Assembly: GCA_032115755.1 (NCBI GenBank)
Contig: JAUMBJ010000159.1
Location: 1 to 56,917, forward strand
Source: Saprospiraceae bacterium
GTDB taxonomy: Bacteria > Bacteroidota > Bacteroidia > Chitinophagales > Saprospiraceae
DNA length: 56,917 nucleotides
Direction: 5' to 3'
Of the stretch, positions 56,564-56,917 are shown one piece after another (positions within the stretch are counted from its first letter, which is position 1; every line of letters begins with the position of its first letter). The notes under the pieces were generated by a model. That model searched no databases. It saw only the letters and a program-made list of their open reading frames with translations, and had not been told where the DNA came from. The position numbers and the translations under genes are program-made.

Positions 56564-56917
56564 GTGTTTATTTTTATTTCAGCGCACATTTAGTGGCTTT
56601 AATTACAAACAAACTATATCATTAAAACCTAAGTTATTTTCTATTTTATTTATGATGTTGTTGTCTGCCATCCTGTACATGTAATGAAATGCATCCAAAA
56701 TCTGTAAATACTTTATAAATAGTATTTTGACCTATCTAATCTATAATGGTCAAAAATACATAATTTTGTCCTATAGGACGGAAAGAAAATCTTTCAGTTG
56801 CTTAAAACCGCAAACAAGCATACGTTATCCCTACTAATCTGGATAATGTGAATAATGTTGATGGTGAAATATTAATAGAAACGATTTTTCTATATATTTA
56901 AAAATTTAATAACGTTA

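Noticed and set aside
1-56917. Search for tRNA, rRNA, tmRNA, RNase P RNA, transposases, integrases, toxin-antitoxin pairs and known defence genes
   Set aside because: No intergenic region shows cloverleaf-compatible GC-rich segments or conserved RNA motifs. No ORF shows DDE/tyrosine/serine recombinase, nuclease-helicase defence, or TA-type motifs. I therefore do not claim any mobile or defence element here.

Overview
This 56.9-kb window is a densely coding, low-GC stretch of a Bacteroidota chromosome. The phylum call rests on a porP/sprF-gldK-gldL-gldM-gldN type IX secretion/gliding cluster, a DUF2851 gene, and TAnnTTTG -7 promoter boxes. I support about 55 CDS, mostly housekeeping: folA, rnr, nadC, gltX, rsmA/ksgA, aroA, aroB, phoH-like, rodA, tgt, lptF/G-like, coaX and purH. 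The rest are envelope and redox functions: Trx-fold proteins, two OsmC-family proteins, a DtxR/MntR-regulated metal ABC system, LemA-DUF2207, PAP2 plus an ArnT-like glycosyltransferase, and an HMA-domain TonB-dependent receptor. I found no rRNA, tRNA, CRISPR array, transposase, integrase, phage genes or recognisable defence island, so this is core chromosome rather than an accessory region. The best candidate for something undescribed is a terminator-bounded two-gene unit at 36206-39250: a small secreted protein with 12 Cys and 9 His, followed by a TonB-dependent receptor with an N-terminal CxxC HMA domain. Other observations worth a second look are listed here. (1) A 122-bp-period repeat with plus-strand hairpin/T-tract modules sits between two minus-strand genes and flanks osmC. 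(2) gcvH carries an in-frame TAA upstream of its lipoyl-lysine. (3) The tgt gene has all four canonical zinc ligands substituted. (4) The metal ABC operon has no permease gene and a DtxR-like operator. (5) A 398-aa single-pass membrane protein has a winged-helix-like cytoplasmic tail. All family assignments come from motif recognition by eye; no database search was run.
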